The notes beneath the pieces are model-generated. The model worked only from the letters and a program-made list of their open reading frames with translations, had not been told where the DNA came from and made no database searches. Shown here piece after piece: positions 9,031 through 17,258 of a stretch of DNA of 32,000 nucleotides. Position 1 is the first letter of the stretch, and the number at the start of each line of letters is the position of its first letter. The position numbers and the translations under genes were made by a program. Source of the DNA: an uncultured archaeon (GTDB lineage: Archaea; Iainarchaeota; Iainarchaeia; Iainarchaeales; DATDZZ01); contig CAYJVY010000006.1 in NCBI GenBank assembly GCA_964373795.1, positions 1 through 32,000 of the forward strand. Reading direction: 5' to 3'.

Positions 9031-9870
9031 ATGCTTTTTAGAGAAAAAATTGGTAAAGGAAAATTTGTTTATACTTGTGAAATTACTTTACCTTCTGGAT
9101 CTAATTTAAGTTCGACTTTTAAAAAAGCCGAGCTTTTAAGGAATGAAATTGATGCAATTAATGTAATTGATTGTGCAAGAGCTGTACTGAAAATTTCTTC
9201 AATTGCTGTTTGCAGGCTTTTAGCCGAAAAAGAAATTGAAACTGTTTGCCAAATTGCTTGCAGAGATAAAAATATTATTGGCCTACAATCAGATTTGCTT
9301 GGAGCACATGCTTTGGGGATTAAAAATATTTTGGCTTTAACTGGGGATTCAACTGCTTTTGGTGATTATCCTGAAGCGAAAAAAGTATTTGAAATTGAGT
9401 CAACTAAATTAATTTCTTTAATTCAAGGATTTAATGCTGGAAATGATTTGAACGGAAATAAATTAAATGAAAAAACCAATTTTTTTATTGGTGCAACCTT
9501 TAATCCAGCTATTCCAAGTTTTGAGCGAACGAAGAAAAAAATTGAATTAGGAGCGAAATTTTTTCAAACACAGTTAGTTTTTGAACCAGAAAAATTTATT
9601 GAAGAGGCAAAAAAATTAAAACAATTTAATGTAGCGATTTTTCCTTCAATAATGCCCTTGTTTTCTTTAAAGGTTGCAAAGTTTTTGAATTCAAGTCTTC
9701 CAGGAGTAAAAGTTCCTGAAAAAATTATTAAAGAACTTGAAGCCTCAAATAATCCTAAAAAAACGGGTATTGAAATAGCTAAAAGAATTATTGATGAAGT
9801 CAAACCTTTTTCTCAAGGAATTCATTTCATTCCATTATGGCATGAAGAACTAGTTTTAGAATTACTTTAA
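9031..9870 (+). CDS. metF: methylenetetrahydrofolate reductase (MetF family)
   Basis: The fold-family pattern is visible: ...YTCEITLPSG..., DAINVIDCA..., CQIACRDKN..., GIKNILALTGDS..., and GAKFFQTQLVFE in the C-terminal half. ATG 9031 is preferred over the TTG at 9016. Confidence 0.75.
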   Translation: MLFREKIGKGKFVYTCEITLPSGSNLSSTFKKAELLRNEIDAINVIDCARAVLKISSIAVCRLLAEKEIETVCQIACRDKNIIGLQSDLLGAHALGIKNILALTGDSTAFGDYPEAKKVFEIESTKLISLIQGFNAGNDLNGNKLNEKTNFFIGATFNPAIPSFERTKKKIELGAKFFQTQLVFEPEKFIEEAKKLKQFNVAIFPSIMPLFSLKVAKFLNSSLPGVKVPEKIIKELEASNNPKKTGIEIAKRIIDEVKPFSQGIHFIPLWHEELVLELL

Positions 9871-9885
9871 AGTTATTTTTTTGTT

Positions 9886-11025
9886 TTATTCAAATTCGTT
9901 TCTAGCTAATTCCGCACCTTTAACCATATTACTTAATTTATTGAATGACATTTCCCAGGTTCTAGTACGCAAACCACAGTCTGGATTTACATAAATTTTT
10001 TTTGGATCGCCTAAAAGTTTTGCTGAAAAAAGAATTCTATCTTTAACCAGTTCTGGAGACTCAATTTCATTTGAGTGAACATTTAATACTCCTAAACCAA
10101 TTTCTCTATTGTCATTGTATTCTTTGAATAGGTTCAGAATTTTTTCATAAGAATTTCTTGTTCCAGTGTCTTGATTTGCAAACTCCCAAGTAAATTGCTT
10201 GCATTTTTTCATTTCAAGAATTTTTGGAAACAATAATGAGTAATCTGAAAAACAAATATGGCAAGTGAATTTTGCATTAACTCCTTTAACTGATTCATTA
10301 AATGATTCAACAAAAATATCTATTTCATCTGGCTTGGTTGTAGCGGCTGGTTCATCTATTTGAATTATTTCAGCTCCTTTTTCAACTAAAGATTTTATGT
10401 GAGGTTGTAAAACATTTTTTGCCAACTCTAATACAAACTCTCTATTAGCGGATTTTCTTGCTTCTTTATAATTTTCTTTTTTTGTTTTCCATTTAGTTAA
10501 ATAAAATTCATTATAGCTCCAATCCATTAAAGTATATGCTCCTGTAATTGGGACTTTTACAATCCTTTTTGAATGTTTCTTTGTAAACAAGAATTCTGGA
10601 ACATGAAAAGCTGTTTTTAATTGAGGCTGAGAAGTAACCGCTGCCTTCAAATAATACTTATTATCCCATGATCTTACGTTCCCATAAAATTTAAATCCAT
10701 TTAAATTTGATATAGGGTTTTGATACATTTCACTTCTCCATTGCTCGCCATTAAATACAAGATCTAGTCCTGCAGTTTCCTGTAACTTTATTGCGTAAAG
10801 TGCAGAAATTTCTCTAATTTTTTGCTCGCTTTCTTCATCTAAATTATATTTTAATAATTCAATCAATTCATTTCTAGTTTTTTCACCTAAATTTACTTTT
10901 TTAGTCCAATAATCTATTTCTTGAAAATCTTTTCCATCTAATTCTTTTTCTGAAAGCTTTTTAACATGCCAGTTTGGTTTAGCTAAACTACCTATTTCTT
11001 GCGTTAAAAATAGTTTTTCACTCAT
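9886..11025 (-). CDS. metE: cobalamin-independent methionine synthase, catalytic (C-terminal-type) barrel
   Basis: Zn-ligand motifs CHICFSD and NPDCGLRTR are present. An NGEQWRSEMY segment parallels the HGEPERNDMV motif of MetE catalytic domains. Confidence 0.8.
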   Translation of the reverse strand: MSEKLFLTQEIGSLAKPNWHVKKLSEKELDGKDFQEIDYWTKKVNLGEKTRNELIELLKYNLDEESEQKIREISALYAIKLQETAGLDLVFNGEQWRSEMYQNPISNLNGFKFYGNVRSWDNKYYLKAAVTSQPQLKTAFHVPEFLFTKKHSKRIVKVPITGAYTLMDWSYNEFYLTKWKTKKENYKEARKSANREFVLELAKNVLQPHIKSLVEKGAEIIQIDEPAATTKPDEIDIFVESFNESVKGVNAKFTCHICFSDYSLLFPKILEMKKCKQFTWEFANQDTGTRNSYEKILNLFKEYNDNREIGLGVLNVHSNEIESPELVKDRILFSAKLLGDPKKIYVNPDCGLRTRTWEMSFNKLSNMVKGAELARNEFE

Positions 11026-11028
11026 TTT

Positions 11029-12030
11029 TTAATCTCCATTATTCAATTGTTTTAATGCCTTTCCAATGTTTTCAACTTTTTTTTCGGCAATCGTTTGAGG
11101 GACAAATTCTAAATCTACATTTGATGAAATAAAATATTTTTTTGCATTCAATTTTTTAGATATATCTTTTGCTTTTTTTGCAATTTCTTGTGAAGACTCG
11201 ATTAAAGAATTTCTTGAATCAACTATTTCTAACGTTAATTCTTTTTCTGAAAAATCAAATTCTTTTAATGAATTCAAATTTGTTTCAGTAAAATCAATTC
11301 CAAATCCATTAAAAGGAAATTCTAATATATTTAATGATTTGAGTTTCGAAAAGTCCCCAAAAAAAGTGTGCAAAGAAGTTTTTGCATTCAAGTTTTTTAA
11401 AAGAACTTCAAAAACTTGTTTTAAATCTAATCCCTTTTCACATACATTGCTTGAATTTTGTAAAGGTCTATAAACTATTTCTGGATCACTGAATTGAATG
11501 AATTCAAATCCTTGTAGTTCTAAATCTTTTGCAATGGAATTCAAAATTTTTGCAGAATCAAATAATGCTTCTTCAACACTGTATGAACCAATTTGACTTA
11601 AGTTAAATTCACTTAAAGAAACAAAATAATAAGGGGATGGAAGAGTTGCTTTCTTTTTTAAGCCTTTTAATTGTTCATTAAAAAAATAATTTAAAATAAA
11701 CTTTGAGTTTGTTTCACTTAACTTTGATTTAATTATTGGTTTTTTGAAAAAAGTATTATTATCATAATATCTAGTTAAACTTCCTAATTCTACTTCATTT
11801 AAGTTTTCAGTTAAAGGCCTGAAATGATCTTGCCATTTCAGTAATCCATCTGAAATAAATTCAAATCCTGATTTTTTTTGGAGGGCAATTAAGTTCAATA
11901 CATCTTCATTAAATTGTTTATTTAATTCTTGTTCTGAAATTCTTTGCCTATCAAAATCTCTTGTTACCTGAATTAACTTCTCACTTCTAGGATAAGTGCC
12001 TACCAAGAATCCATTAAAAATTAAAATCAA
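11029..12030 (-). CDS. MetE N-terminal-type barrel encoded as a separate protein
   Basis: GTYPRSEKLIQVTRDF..ISEQEL and TRYYDNNTFFKKPII resemble the GFPRIG...ELK and TKWFDTNYHY segments of the non-catalytic MetE N-domain. No His/Cys Zn-ligand motifs are present. Its stop lies 3 nt before the start of the catalytic gene. The start codon is uncertain (TTG at 12030). Confidence 0.6.
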   Translation of the reverse strand: MILIFNGFLVGTYPRSEKLIQVTRDFDRQRISEQELNKQFNEDVLNLIALQKKSGFEFISDGLLKWQDHFRPLTENLNEVELGSLTRYYDNNTFFKKPIIKSKLSETNSKFILNYFFNEQLKGLKKKATLPSPYYFVSLSEFNLSQIGSYSVEEALFDSAKILNSIAKDLELQGFEFIQFSDPEIVYRPLQNSSNVCEKGLDLKQVFEVLLKNLNAKTSLHTFFGDFSKLKSLNILEFPFNGFGIDFTETNLNSLKEFDFSEKELTLEIVDSRNSLIESSQEIAKKAKDISKKLNAKKYFISSNVDLEFVPQTIAEKKVENIGKALKQLNNGD

Positions 12031-12129
12031 CTCCTCAGAATACTCGTAATCAATCCCTTAATATACTTAAATATGTGAATCTAATCTATAATAATTTTTG
12101 AATAAAAAATTCGTATTGGAATATTAGTT

Positions 12130-12990
12130 TTAGTGTTTTTTTAATAATTGTACTATTTCACTTGGCAAAGCTGCAATTTTTACTCCTGCCTTTTTTAATG
12201 CATTAATTTTTGTTTCAGCTGTTCCACTTTCCCCTGAAATAATTGCTCCTGCGTGCCCCATTTTTTTTCCTGTTGGAGCAGTTTTTCCTGCAATATAAGC
12301 TATTACTTCTTTTGAAATATTTTTTTCAATGAATTCGGCTGCTTTTTCTTCTAAATTTCCGCCTATTTCTCCAATTAAAACAATTTTTTCAGTTTCATTA
12401 TCTTTTTCAAACAATTTAAGTGCTTCAACAAATTGAGTTCCAATTATTGGATCGCCTCCTATACCTATTGCAGTGCTTTGCCCTATTTTGTTTACACTTA
12501 ATTCATTTATTATTTCGTAAGTTAGTGTTCCACTTCTAGAAACTATTCCAATGTTTCCTTTTACAAAAATATGGTTTGGCATTATTCCAATTTTTGATTT
12601 TTCTGGAGAAATTATTCCAGGACAATTTGGACCAATAACAGTTAATTTTTTTTCTCCAGCTTTTTGCATTAATTCAATTGAATCATGAATTGGAATATGT
12701 TCAGTTATAATTACTATGTTTAAGTTATTCTCTAATGTTTCTAGTGCAGCGGCTTTTGCAAATTTTGCTGGAACAAATAAACAACTCCAAGTAGCCTTGT
12801 GTTGTTTTAATGCATCTGAAACAGAGTTATAAATTGGCACTCCTTCAACTTCTTGTCCTTCTTTTCCAGGAGTAACTCCTGCAACAATTTTTGTTCCATA
12901 TTCTTTCATTTGCTTTAAATGAAAGGCTCCTTGATTTCCAGTTGCGCCTTGAATTATTACTTTAGTGTTTTCATCAATTAAAATGCTCAT
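12130..12990 (-). CDS. sucD: succinyl-CoA synthetase alpha subunit
   Basis: ILIDENTKVIIQGATGNQG is the CoA-binding N-terminus. PGKEG, SRSGTLTYE and the phosphohistidine loop GHAGAIISG are all present. Confidence 0.9.
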   Translation of the reverse strand: MSILIDENTKVIIQGATGNQGAFHLKQMKEYGTKIVAGVTPGKEGQEVEGVPIYNSVSDALKQHKATWSCLFVPAKFAKAAALETLENNLNIVIITEHIPIHDSIELMQKAGEKKLTVIGPNCPGIISPEKSKIGIMPNHIFVKGNIGIVSRSGTLTYEIINELSVNKIGQSTAIGIGGDPIIGTQFVEALKLFEKDNETEKIVLIGEIGGNLEEKAAEFIEKNISKEVIAYIAGKTAPTGKKMGHAGAIISGESGTAETKINALKKAGVKIAALPSEIVQLLKKH

Positions 12991-13007
12991 TTTTTTCCTC
13001 TCAAAAT

Positions 13008-13700
13008 TTATTTTTTTATTGCATATTCCAATGACTTTTTTGCAAGTAGCCTCGTAGTGTCAATAAACGGCAAGGGACAATTATCTTTATTTATTATTAT
13101 TGGCAGTTCAGTGCATGCAAGTATTACTGCATCGCAGCCTTTTAATTTAAGTTTTTCAATTATTTTTAAGGTTTTTTTAATGGAAATTTCAGTAATTTTT
13201 GAAGGAACAATTTCTTTGTAAATTATATCATTAATTATATTTTGATCTTTTAAGTCTGGAATAACCATTTGAATAAGGCATTTTTTTAATGGTTTGTCAA
13301 ATAGTCCTCCACTCATGGTGTGTCCAACTCCAAGAATTCCTACTTTTTTATATTTTTTTTCTTTACATTCTTGCGCAGAAATCTCAACAATGCTTAAAAT
13401 AGGTATTGAGCAATTTTTTTGAATATCATCGAAAGCGTAATGAATTGCATTTGACGGAATAACTGCAAACTCTGCTCCAATCAATTGCAGTTTTTTAATT
13501 GAATTAGAAATAATTTTTGCAACTGTTTTAAAATCCCTTTTTTTGAATGGTTCAAGAATTGTGTCAAATGAAGGGTTATGTAAAAAAATTTCGGGATGTT
13601 TGTTTTTTCCAAGTACCTTTACTGCTTCAGAGCAAATAGTTGCATAACATAACGATGCTCCTTCAGAACTAACGGCTGCAATTCCAATTTTTTTCACCAT
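13008..13700 (-). CDS. Asp/Glu racemase superfamily protein (aspartate-racemase-like)
   Basis: GAEFAVIPSNAIHYAF aligns to the GADFIIMPCNTAH motif of aspartate racemase. ILACTELP aligns to the second catalytic-Cys motif GCTE. At 230 aa the size is typical of the family. Confidence 0.7.
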   Translation of the reverse strand: MVKKIGIAAVSSEGASLCYATICSEAVKVLGKNKHPEIFLHNPSFDTILEPFKKRDFKTVAKIISNSIKKLQLIGAEFAVIPSNAIHYAFDDIQKNCSIPILSIVEISAQECKEKKYKKVGILGVGHTMSGGLFDKPLKKCLIQMVIPDLKDQNIINDIIYKEIVPSKITEISIKKTLKIIEKLKLKGCDAVILACTELPIIINKDNCPLPFIDTTRLLAKKSLEYAIKK

Positions 13701-13724
13701 AACTTTTCATCTAACCTTGCTTTG

Positions 13725-14039
13725 TTAAAATTTATTTTCATTAATTCTTTTCTCTAATTTATCCAACATTTTTTTATACTCTTTTTCCAAATCAATATTG
13801 TAATTGCTTGATAAAAGAATTACATCAAACAATACGTCTGCAAGTGAGTCCTCTAATTCTGCTTTTTTTCTTTTATCCCTTTTATAGTTTTCTTTTACTA
13901 GAATTGCGTTTGCTAGTTCGCCTACTTCTTCAACTAAATCAATCATTGTTGCTTCGTTTCCCCAGTCCTTCCAATTTCCTTTAGCTTTTTCTCTAAACAT
14001 TTTCTGCAATTTTTTTGTTCGCTCAATTAATTCCTTCAT
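13725..14039 (-). CDS. MazG-like nucleoside triphosphate pyrophosphohydrolase (small all-alpha type)
   Basis: Contains the LVEEVGELANAI (EExxE) motif and the ELEDSLADVLFDVILLS (ExxD) motif. The ATG at 14039 is preceded by GGTGA and avoids overlap with sucC. The upstream ATG at 14054 is an alternative start. Confidence 0.7.
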   Translation of the reverse strand: MKELIERTKKLQKMFREKAKGNWKDWGNEATMIDLVEEVGELANAILVKENYKRDKRKKAELEDSLADVLFDVILLSSNYNIDLEKEYKKMLDKLEKRINENKF

Positions 14040-14043
14040 TTTT

Positions 14044-15153
14044 TCACCTTTCATTTGCCAATGAAACTACTTTTTTAATTGCTTCTTCCATTGAGTTTTC
14101 ACAAAAAATTCCTGCATTTTGAAGAATTTTTTTTCCTTCAGCTTCGTTTGTTCCAATCATTCTTACAACTATTGGAACTTTTACTTCGTGGAAATTTTTG
14201 TATTTAACAATTCCTTGAGCAATTTCATTGCATCTTGTAATGCCTCCAAAAATGTTAATTAATAATGCTTTTGGTTTTTTCATTAAAACTATTTCAGCTG
14301 CTTTCTCCATTTGTTGTTGAGAAGCTCCTCCTCCTACATCTAAAAAATTTGCTGGTTTTCCTCCAAAATGATTCAATAAATCTAAAGTAGACATTACTAG
14401 TCCTGCTCCATTTCCTATTACTGCGATTTCACCATTTAATTCCACATACATTAATCCTAATTCGCTTGCTTTTTTTTCTAACTCTGTTAATTCTTGTTTT
14501 TTTTGTTGAACAAATTCCCCTTGTCTGTATAACGCATTGTCATCAATTACAATTTTTGAATCAATTGCAATTAATTCATTCTTTTCATTTAATGCAAGAG
14601 GATTAATTTCAACTAGTTCTGCATCTTTTTCCTTCATTAATTTCAACATTTTATTTGTTAACTCAATTAATTCTTCTTCAAGTTTTTTTTCCACATTGAA
14701 TTCAATTTTTTCATTTTTTGAAATATTTTTTGCAATAATTTTTTCAGGACTTTTTTTAGCTAATTTCTCTATTTCTATTCCGCCTTGATTTGAAAAAATT
14801 AATAAAACTGATTTTTGACTTCTGTCAACTGTTAACCCTAAATAAAATTCTTTTTTGAATTCAGTTTTTTCTTCAATTAAAACTTCCCTGACTTTAAATC
14901 CGTTTAACTCTTTGCCAAGTAATTCTTTTACTACATTTTTCACTTCACTTGATTTTTTTGAAACAAATTTTATCAAGCCTGCTTTTCCTCTTCCTCCGCT
15001 TAAAATTTGTGCTTTCACTACTACTTGTTTTGAGTTCAATGAGTTAAGTTTTTCTTGGGAAACCTCTTCAATTGATGAAACTATAAATCCTTTTGAAACA
15101 GGGATTCCATATTTTTTGAATAATTCTTTTCCCTGAAATTCGGTTAAATTCAT
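14044..15153 (-). CDS. sucC: succinyl-CoA synthetase beta subunit
   Basis: MNLTEFQGKELFKKYGIPV is the ATP-grasp N-terminus. AQILSGGRGKAG, EINPLA and NIFGGITRC motifs are present. Confidence 0.9.
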   Translation of the reverse strand: MNLTEFQGKELFKKYGIPVSKGFIVSSIEEVSQEKLNSLNSKQVVVKAQILSGGRGKAGLIKFVSKKSSEVKNVVKELLGKELNGFKVREVLIEEKTEFKKEFYLGLTVDRSQKSVLLIFSNQGGIEIEKLAKKSPEKIIAKNISKNEKIEFNVEKKLEEELIELTNKMLKLMKEKDAELVEINPLALNEKNELIAIDSKIVIDDNALYRQGEFVQQKKQELTELEKKASELGLMYVELNGEIAVIGNGAGLVMSTLDLLNHFGGKPANFLDVGGGASQQQMEKAAEIVLMKKPKALLINIFGGITRCNEIAQGIVKYKNFHEVKVPIVVRMIGTNEAEGKKILQNAGIFCENSMEEAIKKVVSLANER

Positions 15154-15177
15154 AGTAAATCTACTAATAGAAAAGTA

Positions 15178-15789
15178 TTAATTTTCATTTGTTTTTTTTA
15201 ACTCTAATAACTTGATTTTAAAATTCAGTGTTTTTCCAGCTAATTCATGGTTAAAATTTAATGCAACATTTTCATCGTAAATAGCTGAAATAACTGCTGG
15301 TTGATTGTTAGCAAAAACCCGCATTCCAGTTCTTAAAGTAAGTCCGCCTTTTTTTGCTGCTTCTTCTAATTCTTTTTTTGGAAATTCTTTTACTAATTTT
15401 TCATCGAATTTTCCATAAGCTTTTTCAGGAGGAATTTTAACTAGTCTAACTTCTCCAACTTTTAAGCCTATTACTCCTTCAGTGAATCCTTCAATTACTC
15501 CAACTCCAACTCTAAACTCTAAAGGCTTTCGTCCAGGCAAAGAATTAAATTCTTCATCAGCTGAAGCATCAAATACTTCTCCTGATTCAAGTGTTCCAAT
15601 ATAATGCACTTTAACTGAATCCCCTAATGAAGCTGTTTCAATTTTTTCATTCACTTTATTTTCCTCCAAATTTAAATCCATTTTCAAGTCCTTATTTGAA
15701 TTAATTTTTTTATTTACATCATTGTCTGGTTGAACACAGCCAAACAACAAAAAAAACAATATTAAAAAAAATGAAATTAATTTCTTCAA
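15178..15789 (-). CDS. FKBP-type peptidyl-prolyl cis-trans isomerase, probable lipoprotein
   Basis: Signal peptide with a lipobox-like LFGC. FKBP core VKVHYIGTLESGEVFDAS...GVGVIEGFTEGVIGLKVGE, with a SlyD-like insert. TTG start. Confidence 0.8.
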   Translation of the reverse strand: MKKLISFFLILFFLLFGCVQPDNDVNKKINSNKDLKMDLNLEENKVNEKIETASLGDSVKVHYIGTLESGEVFDASADEEFNSLPGRKPLEFRVGVGVIEGFTEGVIGLKVGEVRLVKIPPEKAYGKFDEKLVKEFPKKELEEAAKKGGLTLRTGMRVFANNQPAVISAIYDENVALNFNHELAGKTLNFKIKLLELKKTNEN

Positions 15790-15827
15790 ACAATCAACTC
15801 AGTTTTTCATAATATAATAAATTTAAA

Positions 15828-16001
15828 TGCTCTGGCCGGGATTTGAACCCGGGTTACCGCCTTGCTTCAATCTTTTTCATTTTTTTTTTCATTTTTTTTC
15901 ATTTTTTTTCATTTTTTCCCATTTTTTCCCATTTTTTCGCAAACCTTTTTTTAAAAGGTTTTGAAAGGGCAGTGTGCTTGACCGGGCTACACTACCAGAG
16001 C
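15828..16001 (-). tRNA. tRNA-Glu (anticodon UUC) interrupted by a 99-nt intron at the canonical 37/38 position
   Basis: Exon 1 (16001-15962) is GCTCTGGTAGTGTAGCCCGGTCAAGCACACTGCCCTTTCA. Exon 2 (15862-15828) is AGGCGGTAACCCGGGTTCAAATCCCGGCCAGAGCA. Spliced together they give a cloverleaf with anticodon stem CTGCC/GGCGG, loop CTTTCAA and T-loop TTCAAAT. Anticodon-loop TTCAA can pair with intron 3'-proximal TTGAA, compatible with a bulge-helix-bulge splice motif. Confidence 0.85.
15863..15961 (-). other. tRNA-Glu intron, low-complexity A-rich tandem repeats
   Basis: RNA sense: AAACCTTTTAAAAAAAGGTTTGCG, then (AAAAAATGGG)x2, then (AAAAAATGA/AAAAAAAATGA)x4, ending ...AAAGATTGAAGCA. The 5' end forms an AACCTTTT/AAAAGGTT hairpin. 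Exact splice junctions are ambiguous by 1-2 nt because of flanking A residues. Confidence 0.75.
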
Positions 16002-16177
16002 ACTTCGCCGAGCACGCGGCGGACGTGAACAGCAGTCGGTGTGGCTAAAACCGCCAGCGAGCGTGAACAATATCCTGTGAAAATCAGGTTTTGAAATCTA
16101 AAATATTTTAATTCACCATTCTTTTATAAATATTTGTTTAACTAATTTCATTATTATACTTACTTAAAGGTGAACTA

Positions 16178-16345
16178 ATGCCTAGATTTAAAGAAGCAGA
16201 TGATAGATTATTTAACAATGTATGGGTTTGCATGCAATGCAACGCAACTAATCGTTCAAGACCCGGAGATAAACCATACAGATGCAGAAAATGTAAATCA
16301 AAGGCTTTAAGACTTAAAAGAAAAGTTAAAAAAGTAACTAAATAA
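16178..16345 (+). CDS. rpl40e: ribosomal protein L40e (55 aa)
   Basis: MPRFKEADDRLFNNVWVCMQCNATNRSRPGDKPYRCRKCKSKALRLKRKVKKVTK. It has the C4 zinc-ribbon pattern CxxC...CxxC and the typical archaeal L40e N-terminus. AGGTGA lies 4 nt upstream of the ATG. The ORF is below the track cutoff. Confidence 0.85.
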   Translation: MPRFKEADDRLFNNVWVCMQCNATNRSRPGDKPYRCRKCKSKALRLKRKVKKVTK

Positions 16346-16367
16346 GTTTAATCTTGTTTGAGATGAA

Positions 16368-17228
16368 ATGTCATTAAAGGAATTAATTTTAATCATCAGG
16401 CCATTAAATTGCTTAATGGCTGTAATTGCAACAATTATTGGATACCTTCTTTCATTGAATACTTTTTCATTTAATCCTTTGCTGGTGAATTTAATTGTTT
16501 CAGTTTTTTTTGTTTGCGCTTTTGGGCAAACAATTAATGATTTTTTTGATAGAAACGTAGACAAAAAATTGCATTCAGAAAAACCAATTCCTTCAGGCAA
16601 ACTTTCCTCAAACACAGTTTTAATTTATTCACTTATCCTGGCATTAATTGGAATTGCAGCAGCTTTTTTAGTTAATTCAACTGCCTTTAATTTAGCAGTA
16701 ATTTTTTCAATTCTATTATTTGTTTACTCTGCTTTTATGCCTTCATATAAATATTTTGGAAATTTTTTAGTTGCAGTTTCAACTGGTTTTACTTTTATAA
16801 TGGGTGCAACGCTTACAGGAAATTATTTTATTCCAGCTTTTCTTGCTGCAACAGCAATAATGTCAAATCTTTCAAGAGAATTAATTAAAGATTTGGAAGA
16901 CTTTAAAGGCGATCGAGGATTTAAAATTACTCTTCCGCAAATAATTTCTGAAAAAAAATGCATTGAACTAGTTTTATTTTATTACTTGGTTGCAATTTTT
17001 TTGTCTTATGCTCTTCCATTTGCTGCAATTCAATTCAAGTACTCTTTTTTACAGCATTTTGTATCAATTCCTTATCTTGTCGTAATTTCAATTGCGAATA
17101 TTTTGCTTTTAATTTCATTCAAGCATTCCTTGAAAAAAAATTTTTTTTCAGCGCAAAAGTTTTCAAAATACGGAATGCTTACAGCTTTAATTGCGTTTAT
17201 TGTAACCGCAATACTTAAATTCATCTAA
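16368..17228 (+). CDS. UbiA-family prenyltransferase, likely digeranylgeranylglyceryl phosphate synthase
   Basis: Both Asp-rich motifs are present: GQTINDFFDRNVDKKLHSEKPIPSG and RELIKDLEDFKGDRGFKITLP. It is polytopic and 286 aa long, matching archaeal DGGGP synthases. Confidence 0.7.
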   Translation: MSLKELILIIRPLNCLMAVIATIIGYLLSLNTFSFNPLLVNLIVSVFFVCAFGQTINDFFDRNVDKKLHSEKPIPSGKLSSNTVLIYSLILALIGIAAAFLVNSTAFNLAVIFSILLFVYSAFMPSYKYFGNFLVAVSTGFTFIMGATLTGNYFIPAFLAATAIMSNLSRELIKDLEDFKGDRGFKITLPQIISEKKCIELVLFYYLVAIFLSYALPFAAIQFKYSFLQHFVSIPYLVVISIANILLLISFKHSLKKNFFSAQKFSKYGMLTALIAFIVTAILKFI

Positions 17229-17258
17229 TTACACAATTTTAATGTAAAGTGAATTAAA

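Noticed and set aside
15843-16028. 61-aa Phe-rich ORF, and the possibility that the CATTTTTTTT repeats are a CRISPR array or a coding repeat
   Set aside because: The ORF runs antisense through tRNA-Glu and its intron. The repeat units are only 9-11 nt and have no unique spacers, so this is not a CRISPR array.
16002-16090. C/D-box sRNA in the GC-rich leader of tRNA-Glu
   Set aside because: No RUGAUGA (C box) and CUGA (D box) pair is present on either strand.
16307-16615. 102-aa minus-strand ORF overlapping rpl40e and the DGGGP-synthase-like gene
   Set aside because: It is antisense to two well-supported genes and has no motif.
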